The translations under genes were made by a program, and so were the position numbers. Below, piece after piece: positions 1-12,156 of a stretch of DNA of 64,000 bases. How positions within the stretch are numbered: position 1 is the stretch's first letter; every line of letters begins with the position of its first letter. Below the pieces are notes generated by a model. That model had not been told where the DNA came from, ran no database searches, and was given only the letters and a program-made list of their open reading frames with translations. The DNA lies in NCBI GenBank assembly GCA_019637675.1, contig JAHBVE010000002.1, positions 608,156 through 672,155 of the forward strand, read 5' to 3'. Source of the stretch: Anaerolineales bacterium. GTDB taxonomy: Bacteria > Chloroflexota > Anaerolineae > Anaerolineales > UBA11579.

Positions 1-57
1 GTAATAATCTTCGACTTTCTTTTTTGCCTGTTTCTTTGGAAACACACGTTTCACCAT
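1..57 (-). CDS. hypothetical protein, N-terminal fragment (gene runs off left edge)
   Basis: Reverse strand reads GGAGGG (66-61), 3 nt, ATG (57-55), then MVKRVFPKKQAKKKVEDYY. Only 19 codons are visible. The fragment is divergent from ridA. Confidence 0.3.
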   Translation of the reverse strand, partial: MVKRVFPKKQAKKKVEDYY

Positions 58-133
58 TTTCCCTCCAAGGTTATGGAGCCTTATACACCATTCATATAGG
101 TAAAATCAAGGCACTTCTACCTAGTGAGGTGCT

Positions 134-514
134 ATGTCCAAGCAAACGATCTTTGCCCCCAAAGGCATCAAGCCCATGGGCCCTTACACCCCCGCCATTC
201 GCATGGGCGATCTGTTGTTCATCTCCGGCCAGGTGGGCATTGACCCCGAGAGCGGGCAGTTCGTCGAGGGCGGCGTGGCCGCCCAGGCCAAGCAAGTGCT
301 CGAGAACCTCAAAGGCCTCGTGGAAACCGGCGGCAGCAGCATGGACAAGGTGCTCAAGACCACCATGTTCCTCACCAACATGGCCGATTTCGCCACTGTG
401 AATGAGGTATACGCCCAATACTTCGCCAGCGAGCCGCCCGCCCGCTCCACCATCCAGGTGGTCGCCCTGCCGGGCGGCGCTCTGGTCGAGATCGAGGCCA
501 TCGCCAGCGTGTAA
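134..514 (+). CDS. ridA: RidA/YjgF/UK114 family reactive-intermediate deaminase
   Basis: 126-aa ORF with GAGG 5 nt upstream of the ATG. Family-typical segments seen by eye: GPYTPAIRMGDLLFISGQ and PARSTIQVVALPGGALVEIEAIA. Confidence 0.9.
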   Translation: MSKQTIFAPKGIKPMGPYTPAIRMGDLLFISGQVGIDPESGQFVEGGVAAQAKQVLENLKGLVETGGSSMDKVLKTTMFLTNMADFATVNEVYAQYFASEPPARSTIQVVALPGGALVEIEAIASV

Positions 515-529
515 ACGCGGCTCCCCGGC

Positions 530-1535
530 ATGTCCCCCAGCGTCAGCATCATCGTGCCGTGCTTCAATGAAGAGGCCACCATCGGCGGCCTGCTTGAAGC
601 TATCCTGGCCCAAAGCTACCCTGCTGCCCAGATGGAAGTGGTCATCGCCGACGGCATGTCCACGGACGGCACGCGCCAGCGCATCGCCACCTTCAGCCAG
701 CAGCATCCGCAGCTGGCGGTGCGCGTGGTCGACAACCCCGCCCGCAGCATTCCGCACGGGCTGAACCTGGCCATCGCCGCCGCCCAGGGCAGCACGCTGC
801 TGCGCCTGGATGCGCACTCCAGCCCGCACCCGGAGTACGTGGCGCGCAGTCTGCAAGCGCTGGACGAGGACAAGGGCTGGAACGTGGGCGGCGTGTGGGA
901 GATCCGCCCCGGCCAGGATACCTGGCTGGCGCGTGCCATCGCCGCCGCCGCCGCCCACCCCTTCGGCGTGGGCGACGCCCGCTACCGCTACACCACCCAG
1001 GCCGGCGCGGTCGACACCGTGCCGTTCGGCGCCTTCCGCCGCAGCCTGATCGAGCGCATCGGCCCGTTCGACGAGACTCTGCAAACCAACGAAGACTACG
1101 AGTTCAACACCCGCATCCGCCAGGCGGGCGGCGCCGTATGGCTGGACCCGGCTATTCGCTCGGTCTACTATGCCCGCCCCACCCTGGGAGCGCTGGCGCA
1201 CCAATATTGGCGCTACGGGTACTGGAAGCTGCGCATGCTGCGCCGCTACCCGGGCAGCCTGCGCCCGCGCCAGGCCATCCCACCTCTGTTCGTGCTGGCC
1301 TTGCTGGGTCTGGGCGGCCTGAGCCTGCTGTGGCCGCCGGCCGCGTGGTTGCTGGGGGCCGGGGTGGTATCATACGCACTGCTCTTGCTGGCGGCTGCCT
1401 TGCATAAGGCAATAGAACTCCGGCAGCCTTCTCTGCTTCTGGGAATGCCCTTAGCCATGATGACCATGCACTTTAGCTGGGGGGCCGCCTTCCTGTGGAG
1501 CTTGTTGAGCTCTGGCGCACCGCGCAAACACACAA

Positions 1536-1555
<20 letters not shown>
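530..1555 (+). CDS. glycosyltransferase family 2 (GT-A) with C-terminal transmembrane segments
   Basis: N-terminus SVSIIVPCFNEEATI, followed by ADGMSTDGT and LRLDAHS motifs typical of GT2. The C-terminal part is hydrophobic. Confidence 0.85.
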
Positions 1556-2966
<1,411 letters not shown>

Positions 2967-3871
2967 GTGGCCGCCGTCCTGGTCACCGGCGGGGCTGGCT
3001 TCATTGGCTCACATTTGGTCGACGCCCTGCTAAAACGAGGCGACCGTGTGCGCGTGCTGGATAACTTCTCCAGCAGCTCGCCCAGCCGCCTGCCCGCAGA
3101 GGTCGAGCTCATTCAGGGGGATGTGCAAGACCCCACCGCGGTGAGCAAGGCGGTGGCTGGCATCGAAACCGTCTTCCACCAGGCCGCCTTCATTTCCGTA
3201 CCCGAATCCATCGAGAACCCGGCCGCTTGCTGGGCCAGCAACGTCGACGGCACGCTGGCTCTGCTGGCCGCCGCCCGCCAGGCCGGCTGCCGCGGCGTAG
3301 TGCTGGCTTCCAGCGCAGCGGTATACGGTGACAGCCTTGACCTGCCGCTAACCGAAAGCGCGCCGGTCAAATGCCTCTCACCCTATGCGGCTTCGAAGCA
3401 CTTCAACGAAACACTGGCCCAGCTATATACCCTGACCTACGGCCTGCCGGTCACCGCGCTGCGCTATTTCAATGTGTTCGGGCCGCGCCAGTCGCCCACT
3501 TCGGCTTACGCCGCCGCCATCCCCAAGTTCATCACCGCTCTCGTCGCCGGCGAGGCGCCAACCGTGTTCGGCGACGGCGCCCAAGGCCGTGACTTTATAT
3601 TCGTGGCGGATGTGGTGCGCGCCAACCTGTTGGCCGCCGAGGCCAACCAGGGCGGCGTGTTCAACGTATGCACCGGGCAAGAGACCACCCTGCTCGACCT
3701 GCTGGCTGCGCTGTATCCGCTCTTCCCCAACGCCCCGCAGGCTGTGCATGCTGCCCCGCGCCTGGGCGATGTGCCCCGCTCGCTGGGCGACCCGCACGCC
3801 GCCGAAGCCGGCCTGGGCTTCCGCGCTCAAACCAGCCTGGCCGAAGGCCTGCGCCAGACCGTGGAGGTCGC

Positions 3872-3875
<4 letters not shown>
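2967..3875 (+). CDS. NAD-dependent epimerase/dehydratase (UDP-hexose 4-epimerase-like SDR)
   Basis: A GTG start lies directly after the upstream stop. Motifs VLVTGGAGFIGSHLV (GxxGxxG) and SPYAASK (YxxxK) are present. Confidence 0.85.
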
Positions 3876-5763
<1,888 letters not shown>

Positions 5764-5764
<1 letters not shown>

Positions 5765-6864
5765 TGGAAACCAAGGCCTGGAACGCCCTCATCAGCCAAT
5801 TGCCGCGCCCGCACTTGTTGCAGACCGGCCAGTGGGCGCGCGCCAAGGAGCCCTTCGGCTGGACGGCGCACTACAAGACCTGGGAGCAGGATGGCAAGCT
5901 GGCCGCCGCGGCCCAGATCCTGCAGCGCAGCGTGCGCCTGCCCCTGCTGGGCAAAGAAGTCTGCATGCTCTACGTGCCCAAGGGGCCGCTGCTGGCGGAC
6001 TGGAACGATGCCGCCTTGCGCACCCGGGTGCTGAATGACCTGCGTGCCTTCGCGCAGGAGCTGGGCGCATTCTTCATCAAGATCGACCCGGACCTGGCCT
6101 ACGGCTACGGGCTGCCCGGCGCCGAGGACGAACGCGTGGTGCCCGCCGCGGCCGACTTTGTGGCCGAGCTGAAGGCGGCGGGCTGGCGCTACTCCAACGA
6201 GCAGGTGCAGATGCCCAACACCATGCTCATCGACATCGACAAGAGCGAAGAGGACATCCTGGCGGCCATGAAGCAGAAGGGCCGCTACAACCTGCGCCTC
6301 TCGCAGAAAAAAGGCGTCACGGTGCGCCGCGGCACGCCGGCCGATTTCCCCACCTTCTACAAAATGTATGCCGAGACCTCAGTGCGGGATGGTTTTGTCA
6401 TCCGCAGTGAGGCCTACTACCGCGCCGTGTGGGATGAGTTCTACGAGGCCGGACTGCTGGCGCCGCTGCTGGCCGAGGTGGAAGGCGAAGTGGTGGCCGG
6501 GCTGATGCTGTTCATCTACGGCGAGCAGTCCTGGTACATCTACGGCATGTCGCGCGCCCTGCACCGCGAGACCATGCCCAATTATTTGCTGCAATGGGAA
6601 GCGATCCGCGCCAGCCGCGAGGCCGGTTGCAAGGTGTATGACCTGTGGGGCGCGCCGGATGAGTTCAATGAGGATGACCCGATGTGGGGCGTGTATCGCT
6701 TCAAGCTCAGCCTGGGGGCATATGAGGCCCGCCATATCGGCGCCTGGGATCTGCCGGTGCAGCCGACTGTGTATCGCCTGTACACGCAGGTGTTGCCGCG
6801 CCTGATCGCGGCCATGCGCTGGCGCGGCCGCCGCCAGACCCGCCAGCAGGTGCTGGCAGAGTAA
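5764..6864 (+). CDS. FemAB-family aminoacyl-tRNA-dependent peptidyl/aminoacyl transferase (peptidoglycan bridge formation family)
   Basis: TAATG overlap with the upstream gene. Family-typical blocks KGRYNLRLSQKKGVTV and WYIYGMSRALHRETMPNYLLQWEAIRASREAGCKVYDLWG. Confidence 0.8.
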
Positions 6865-7184
6865 AAGTATTAATCATCATCATGGGGGACGGGGGTACGG
6901 GGGTAGCAGTTAATAGTTCAAGCACCTTGACACTTCATCCCCAGAGGGCAGAACCAACAGCAGTTGTTAACGTACAGTGGTCAGATGACCGGTTGGTTAT
7001 GCATATAACATGCTCGTGATTGAGAATGTGCGGGGCGGGTTGGATGTCAAGGAAGTGGCGGGTACCACTCCTCACTGGCACATCCCCAAGCAGAGCGTAT
7101 TTGTCACAAAAACGGTCATTGCATAGAAGATATGCCAGCGAGGATTCTTCCCTAATCTGGCTTCGGCGATTCGGGTGTAGGTTC

Positions 7185-7383
7185 TCAAACCCGGTCAGAA
7201 TGACACGGGGGCTAGGGGACGCGGCGTGCTGTGCCTTACAGAGCCTATCTTGTCATTCCGAGCGCAGCGAGGAATCCGTATTCAGCCGGTTGGTGCATCA
7301 ACATATCTGCTGCAATTCAAATCAGCTCTTAACGGATTCCTCCTCGGCCGCGCCTATGGCGCGGGCCTCGTTCGGAATGACAC
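7185..7383. repeat. cluster of short stem-loop repeats of the GTCATTC(C/T)GA(G/C)CG...GAGGAATC type
   Basis: Reverse complement of 7185-7206 is GTCATTCTGACCGGGTTTGAGAAC. 7252-7278 reads GTCATTCCGAGCGCAGCGAGGAATCCG. 7333-7383 is the inverted copy and carries an inserted GC hairpin (GGCCGCGCC-TAT-GGCGCGGGCC). A related copy lies at 61537-61563. Confidence 0.65.
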
Positions 7384-7417
7384 ACAAGCACTATGTGCTC
7401 ATCTGTGGATGATTCCC

Positions 7418-8035
7418 CTAAGGAAACAGGCGCCGATACTGCGCGGCGATGAGGGCGATCGCCTGCTGGATACGCACGCGGTTCTCGGCGATCTGGTGCC
7501 AGCGGCTGGCGCCGGAGGGATGCGGCAGCGGCACATACCAAGTGCCGGCCCGCTCCATTTCGGTGCCGATGACTTCTTCCAGCACGATGCCTCTGCCGTA
7601 GAACGTCTCGATCGCCATCTTGCCGATGGGGATGATGAGCTTGGGCCGCACCAGCGCCAGCTCCTCGTCAAGGAATGGGCGGCACAATTGCTGCTCGCGG
7701 GGCGAGGGCGCCCGGTCGCCGCCGCCCGATTTGTTCTTGCCCGGGAAGCATTTGGTGACCGAGGTCATGTACTGCGTGCTGCGAAACCAATCCTCATCGA
7801 TCCCGGCTTCGCCCAGCCACTGGAACAAGCGCTTGCCACTGCTGGCATTGAAGGGCCGCTTGGCAACTACTTCGGTCACGCCAGGCGCCTGACCCACGGT
7901 CATGATGCGCGCCTTCAGGCTGCCTTTGGTGACCGCCGGCGGTTCGATGTAGTAGCCTGCCGCCAAACACAAGCGGCAGGCTCGCATTTCCAACTGGAGT
8001 TGGTCAAAACGCGCCTGGCGCTCGGCAAGCTTCAA
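7418..8035 (-). CDS. uracil-DNA glycosylase superfamily protein (family 4/5-like, probable 4Fe-4S)
   Basis: Motifs CRLC near the N-terminus, GQAPG, VTKCFPG, and HPSGAS near the C-terminus. The maximal ORF reaches a TTG at 8080. The TTG at 8035 gives a TTGA overlap with the upstream stop, and the ATG at 7987 is another option. Confidence 0.75.
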   Translation of the reverse strand: MKLAERQARFDQLQLEMRACRLCLAAGYYIEPPAVTKGSLKARIMTVGQAPGVTEVVAKRPFNASSGKRLFQWLGEAGIDEDWFRSTQYMTSVTKCFPGKNKSGGGDRAPSPREQQLCRPFLDEELALVRPKLIIPIGKMAIETFYGRGIVLEEVIGTEMERAGTWYVPLPHPSGASRWHQIAENRVRIQQAIALIAAQYRRLFP

Positions 8036-8898
8036 GCAGCCGGCCCGCCCGTGATCACTTCGCCGCCCAATTTCTCCCAAGTCTGCTGGTAGAGCCTGGC
8101 GTCCTCTTCCAGGATGGGGCTCTCGCTCAAGATGCGGCCGCCGCAGTCCATATCCTTCAAGGCGCGGAGCAATTCCTCCAGCTTGAAGTCAGACTCGGCG
8201 ATGGTGAGATGGTTCTTCTCGCCCATCTCCGTATAGGCAATGCCGGAGAGGTGGCAGCTCATATTCTTCAGCGCTTCTTTGCCCAGCGCGTCGCGATACT
8301 TGCCCAGCACCACCATCCACTCGTCGTAGCTGTTCATGCTGCCGTCGCCGGCGCGGGCGTGCAGGTGGGCAAAGTCAACACACGGCACCACGCCGGGGAT
8401 CTCTTTGGCCATCTCCAGGTTCTCCTCCAGCGTGCCCAGCTGGCTGGGCTTGCCCATCGTCTCCGGACGCAGGGTGACCGGGTTGCGGTTGCGGCGCAGC
8501 TCGGCCACACAGTCTTGCAGGCGCGCCTTGGCCAGCTTCATGGCCTCCTCGGGCGGCTTGCCGCTGTAGCTGCCGGGGTGAAAAATGATCTCGGTTGCGC
8601 CGGCCAGGTTGCCGTAGTGGGCGGCGTCCATCAGACGGCGGCGCGCATTCGGCCACTCCTCGAAGGTGGCGTTCAGGTTGATGTAATACGGCGCGTGCAC
8701 GCTCAGCAGCACGTCAGAGTCTTTGGCTTGCTGGCGAATGGCGGCGCAGGTTTCTTCGCTCACGCGCACCGATTGCACCCAGCCCAACTCCAGCGCGCCG
8801 AACCCCATAGCGCGGATATGCTGCACCGCGCCCACGCTGCCGCCGGGTTTCTTCGGCGCCGAGATCGGCGCCCCTACAGTTCCAAATCGAAAGGCCAT
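8032..8898 (-). CDS. endonuclease IV-like AP endonuclease (TIM-barrel, xylose isomerase-like fold)
   Basis: LLSVHAPYYINLNA resembles the Nfo HAPYLINLA signature. Further blocks are IIFHPGSY, RPETMG and VDFAHLHA. Confidence 0.7.
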   Translation of the reverse strand: MAFRFGTVGAPISAPKKPGGSVGAVQHIRAMGFGALELGWVQSVRVSEETCAAIRQQAKDSDVLLSVHAPYYINLNATFEEWPNARRRLMDAAHYGNLAGATEIIFHPGSYSGKPPEEAMKLAKARLQDCVAELRRNRNPVTLRPETMGKPSQLGTLEENLEMAKEIPGVVPCVDFAHLHARAGDGSMNSYDEWMVVLGKYRDALGKEALKNMSCHLSGIAYTEMGEKNHLTIAESDFKLEELLRALKDMDCGGRILSESPILEEDARLYQQTWEKLGGEVITGGPAA

Positions 8899-8939
8899 GC
8901 GAGAATTGTAATAGAATGAATCCGCTCAGAAAGGCAACC

Positions 8940-9524
8940 ATGACCACCCGAGACGAAGCCCTTGCCATTGTGCACGAACATGTAAAGAATGACGGGCTGG
9001 TGCGCCACATGCTCAGCGTAGAGACCGCCATGCGCCATTACGCCGCCATATACGGCGAAGATGCCGAGCTGTGGGGCGTGGCCGGCCTGCTGCACGACTT
9101 TGACTGGGAGATCCACCCCAGCCTGGAACAGCACCCGCAGGCTGGCGCCCCGATCCTGCGGGAACGCGGCGTGCCGGAGGAGATCGTGCAGGCCGTGCTC
9201 AGCCACGCCAACCACAGCGGCGTGCCGCGCACCACGCGCATGCAACAGGCGCTGTATGCCTGCGATGAGCTGACCGGGCTGATCACCGCCGTGGCGCTGG
9301 TGCGCCCCTCGCGCTCGATCCTGGATGTGACCGTCAAGTCGATCAAGAACAAGTGGAAGGACCGCGCCTTTGCCGCCGGCGCCAACCGCGAGGAGATGGA
9401 AGACGGCGCCCGCGAGCTGGGCCTGGACCTGTGGGAGCATGCCGGCAATGTGCTGGCCGCCATGCAGGCCAATGCGGCCGAGTTGGGCCTGGTGGGCAAC
9501 CCACAGGCCGGCGCGGCCAGCTAG
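8940..9524 (+). CDS. HD/HDIG domain metal-dependent phosphohydrolase
   Basis: MTTRDEALAIVHEHVKNDGLVRHMLSVE...GLLHDFDWE contains the H...HD motif. The ATG at 8940 is preferred over 8916 because a TAGAAT -10-like box sits at 8908-8913. Confidence 0.8.
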   Translation: MTTRDEALAIVHEHVKNDGLVRHMLSVETAMRHYAAIYGEDAELWGVAGLLHDFDWEIHPSLEQHPQAGAPILRERGVPEEIVQAVLSHANHSGVPRTTRMQQALYACDELTGLITAVALVRPSRSILDVTVKSIKNKWKDRAFAAGANREEMEDGARELGLDLWEHAGNVLAAMQANAAELGLVGNPQAGAAS

Positions 9525-9546
9525 CAGTGGCTTGACAAGCGCCCCC

Positions 9547-9575
9547 AAAAGCCCGCCAAAGGCGGGCTTTTTGTT
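9547..9575 (+). terminator. rho-independent terminator after the HD gene
   Basis: AAAAGCCCGCC-AAA-GGCGGGCTTTTTGTT: a 7-bp GC stem followed by a T-run. Confidence 0.7.
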
Positions 9576-9754
9576 ATCAATAGCGGCGAGCCAGCCGCGC
9601 TAAAACTGGCACACAACTTGCAAACTTCAGGGGAAATGATGCTGCAATTCGTACACACTATGGATTCAAAACACCCGGCATGGCTCTTGCATGCCAGTTC
9701 AACGCGCCAGCAGGCTGCCTGCCCCAGAGCGCTGCAGCCTATAGAGGTAATCAA

Positions 9755-10852
9755 ATGAGCATTCTCAGCGGAAAAGGCATGTATTTGTGGATCATCAGCC
9801 GCGTCGAGGGGGGCGACCCGGAACGCATTGCCGATGTGGCCAAGGCGGCCGGGCTGACGCATGTGCTGATCAAGGTGGCTGACCGCAATTACAAATACAA
9901 CGTGGACAGCAAGGGGTTCGACTATGTGCCAGGGGTGGTTTCTGCTTTGCGTGCCCGCGGCATCCAACCCTGGGGATGGCAGTACATTTACGGCACTGCC
10001 CCGGCCGCTGAGGCGGCAATGGCCATCCAGCGCGTAAAGCAGTTCAACCTGGACGGCTTCGTGGTGAACGCCGAGGTGGAGTTCAAGCAAAAGGGCATGG
10101 ATGTGCCCGCCCGCCAGTACATGCAGGCGCTGCGGGCCGGCTTGCCCAACACGCCAATCGGCTTCAGCAGCTACCGTTACCCCACCCTGCACCGCCCGCT
10201 GCCTTTTGAAGTCTTCCTGGAATACAGCGACATCAATTTGCCCCAGGTGTATTGGGTGCAGTCGTCCAACCCGGCCCAGCAATTGGAGCGCTCGGTGCGC
10301 GAACACCAGGCGCTCAGCGTCTGGCGCCCGATCGTGCCCACCGGTGCAGCCTACCCGGATGGCAGCTGGAACCCGACGCCGGCCCAGATCAAAGAGTTTT
10401 TGCAGGCGTGCAAAGACACCGGCATCACCGGCGCGAATTTCTGGGAATGGTATTACGCCCGCCGCATCACTGGCATTTGGGATGCGGTCAGCAATTTCTC
10501 GTGGCCGGTCAAACCCGGCCCGGAGCCTGATCTCAGCATCCGCTTGATGGACGCGCTCAATTCGCGTGACCCGGTGAAAGTGACCGCGCTGTATACGAAA
10601 GCCGGCGTGCATGTGAACGCCCAGCGCACCGTGCAAGGCAACGAAGGCATCCTGCGTTGGTACAACTCGCTGCTGCGCGATACGCTGCCCGGCGCCCGAT
10701 TCGAGATCACCGGCTCCACGACCAAGAACAACCTGCGCATCCTCACTTGGACCGCCACTTCAGAGAAGGGCCGCGTGCTGGACGGCAAAGATTCGTTCGC
10801 GATCAAGAACAACAAGATCGCTTATCACTACACCTACTTCACGGTTAAGTAA
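9755..10852 (+). CDS. hypothetical protein: N-terminal glycoside-hydrolase-like TIM-barrel region fused to a C-terminal NTF2/SnoaL-like domain
   Basis: ATG at 9755 is preceded by AGAGG. The first ~255 aa show alternating beta/alpha-like pattern (GMYLWII...THVLIKVAD...GFVVNAEVEF). The last ~110 aa (LMDALNSRDPVKVTALYTKAGVH...KIAYHYTYFTV) look NTF2-like. No signal peptide is visible. Confidence 0.55.
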   Translation: MSILSGKGMYLWIISRVEGGDPERIADVAKAAGLTHVLIKVADRNYKYNVDSKGFDYVPGVVSALRARGIQPWGWQYIYGTAPAAEAAMAIQRVKQFNLDGFVVNAEVEFKQKGMDVPARQYMQALRAGLPNTPIGFSSYRYPTLHRPLPFEVFLEYSDINLPQVYWVQSSNPAQQLERSVREHQALSVWRPIVPTGAAYPDGSWNPTPAQIKEFLQACKDTGITGANFWEWYYARRITGIWDAVSNFSWPVKPGPEPDLSIRLMDALNSRDPVKVTALYTKAGVHVNAQRTVQGNEGILRWYNSLLRDTLPGARFEITGSTTKNNLRILTWTATSEKGRVLDGKDSFAIKNNKIAYHYTYFTVK

Positions 10853-10941
10853 CCACGGACTGGCGATCAGTGAACGGTGGTGAGGGTTTGAACCTCATCA
10901 TCGTTCACTAATCGCAGTTCACAGTTCCCCTGATTTACAAT

Positions 10942-12096
10942 GTGCCGGTGTTAACCGCCCGCATTCTTTCGGCGCTGGCAAGCTGCTGCCTGCTGGCTGC
11001 CTGCTCCCTGCCCGCCGGCGCCGCCAGCCCCAGCGCGCAGGCAAGCATCACCCCCAGCCCGTTCGCTCCACTGGCCGCCACCTACACGCCCAGCGCCAGC
11101 CCCACGCCGCAGGCCAGCAGCACGCCGGCTGAGACGCCCACCCCGGCGCCGCAGCCAGCGGGCTTCACCAGCAGCCTGCTGCGCGCCTGGGTGCAGCCAG
11201 CCAGCTACATTGCCGACCAGTGTGAGTACTTATCCAAACGCTGGGACCCGCAGGGCAGCCCGCCCGGCACGATCGTAGCGCCGATCATGTATCACAGCAT
11301 CTTGCGCGGCAACGCCACGCCTTCGCTCTCGCAAGACATCAACGAGGTGACCTTCTACCGCATTGTGGATGTGGCGCGTGAGCTGGGCTACGAAACCATC
11401 ACCAGCCAGCAACTGGTGGATTTTTTGCACAACAACGCCCCCATCCCGCCGCGTAGCATGCTGCTCATCCTGGATGACCGCAGGGCCGGCACGGCCCAGG
11501 AATACTTCCTGCCGCTGTATGAGCAATATGGCTGGGGCACGACATTAGGCTGGATCATTGGCGATACCAGCCAACGCACAGGCGAACACAGCGGCGAAAG
11601 CCTGTGGGATTGGGTCGAGCGCTTGAACGATACCGGCGCCTTTGACGTGCAGTCGCATGCCCTCAATCACATCCCGATCGTGGGCGGCGAAAGCGCTGAC
11701 TTCCTGCGCCGCGAGCTGGGCGACAACATCCCGATCCTGGAGGCGCACTTCGGCCAGCGCCCCATCGCCCACATCTGGACCGGCGGCAACTTCAGCGCTG
11801 CGGGGGTGGCCATGGCCGAGGAACTGGGCTACCAGGTTGCCTTCACGGTGTACTCGCGCGGGCCGATCCAGTTCAACTGGATCCCGCAAGGCGAGGAAGA
11901 GCGCGCCGTCGGCAACCCGCTGCTGCTGCTGCCGCGCTATTGGGACAGCGCCGCCGAGCTGAACCTGCGCCAGGCCGCCGAGATCGGCGATGCGGCCCAG
12001 CAGTTCGCCCGCCAGAACCATGCGGCGGAAGCCGCATGGTTTGCGCAGAACTGCGGCGGCGAACTGCCGCCGCTGGACGCGGTATTCGACGATTGA
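10942..12096 (+). CDS. polysaccharide deacetylase (CE4/NodB-like) lipoprotein
   Basis: GTG start. Lipobox LLAAC is followed by a Pro/Thr/Ser-rich linker. The motifs LILDDRRAG and QSHALNH are compatible with CE4 metal and catalytic motifs. Confidence 0.7.
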   Translation: MPVLTARILSALASCCLLAACSLPAGAASPSAQASITPSPFAPLAATYTPSASPTPQASSTPAETPTPAPQPAGFTSSLLRAWVQPASYIADQCEYLSKRWDPQGSPPGTIVAPIMYHSILRGNATPSLSQDINEVTFYRIVDVARELGYETITSQQLVDFLHNNAPIPPRSMLLILDDRRAGTAQEYFLPLYEQYGWGTTLGWIIGDTSQRTGEHSGESLWDWVERLNDTGAFDVQSHALNHIPIVGGESADFLRRELGDNIPILEAHFGQRPIAHIWTGGNFSAAGVAMAEELGYQVAFTVYSRGPIQFNWIPQGEEERAVGNPLLLLPRYWDSAAELNLRQAAEIGDAAQQFARQNHAAEAAWFAQNCGGELPPLDAVFDD

Positions 12097-12113
12097 CGAG
12101 ACGTCATGCCAAC

Positions 12114-12148
12114 AAAAAAGCGGCCTGCACAATGTGCAGGCCGCTTTT
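12114..12148. terminator. bidirectional rho-independent terminator between convergent genes
   Basis: A6-GCGGCCTGCAC-AAT-GTGCAGGCCGC-T4: a perfect 11-bp stem. It lies between the stop at 12096 (+) and the rpoC stop at 12157 (-). Confidence 0.85.
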
Positions 12149-12156
12149 GGTTTCGC

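Noticed and set aside
92-1204. A 370-aa minus-strand ORF, and many similar long ORFs antisense to annotated genes. Examples are 4067-5578 (-), 12793-14733 (+), 16747-18018 (+), 27521-28774 (+), 39066-40742 (+) and 56376-58250 (+, 624 aa).
   Set aside because: - They lie opposite genes with unmistakable family motifs (GT2, CapD, rpoC, the kinase, gatA, frr/pyrH).
- Their translations are Arg/Ala/Gly/His-rich low-complexity sequence, typical of shadow ORFs in GC-rich DNA.
- They show no recognisable motifs or RBSs.
3668-3871. A 68-codon N-terminal extension of the CapD-like ORF as given in the ORF track.
   Set aside because: - The extension overlaps the epimerase gene in another frame and translates as Arg/Pro-rich nonsense.
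- An in-frame GTG at 3872 forms a GTGA junction with the epimerase stop, and the real TM-containing N-terminus follows it.
6884-6903. A G-quadruplex candidate, GGGGGACGGGGGTACGGGGG.
   Set aside because: Only three G-runs are present. A canonical intramolecular quadruplex needs four, so the tract was recorded only as part of the AT-rich island finding.
7020-8092. Two plus-strand ORFs (7020-7412 and 7226-8092) in and beyond the AT-rich island.
   Set aside because: - Their N-terminal parts are translations of the GTCATTCCGAGCG-type repeats (SFRAQRGI, CHSERSEES).
- The remainder is antisense to the well-supported UDG-family gene.
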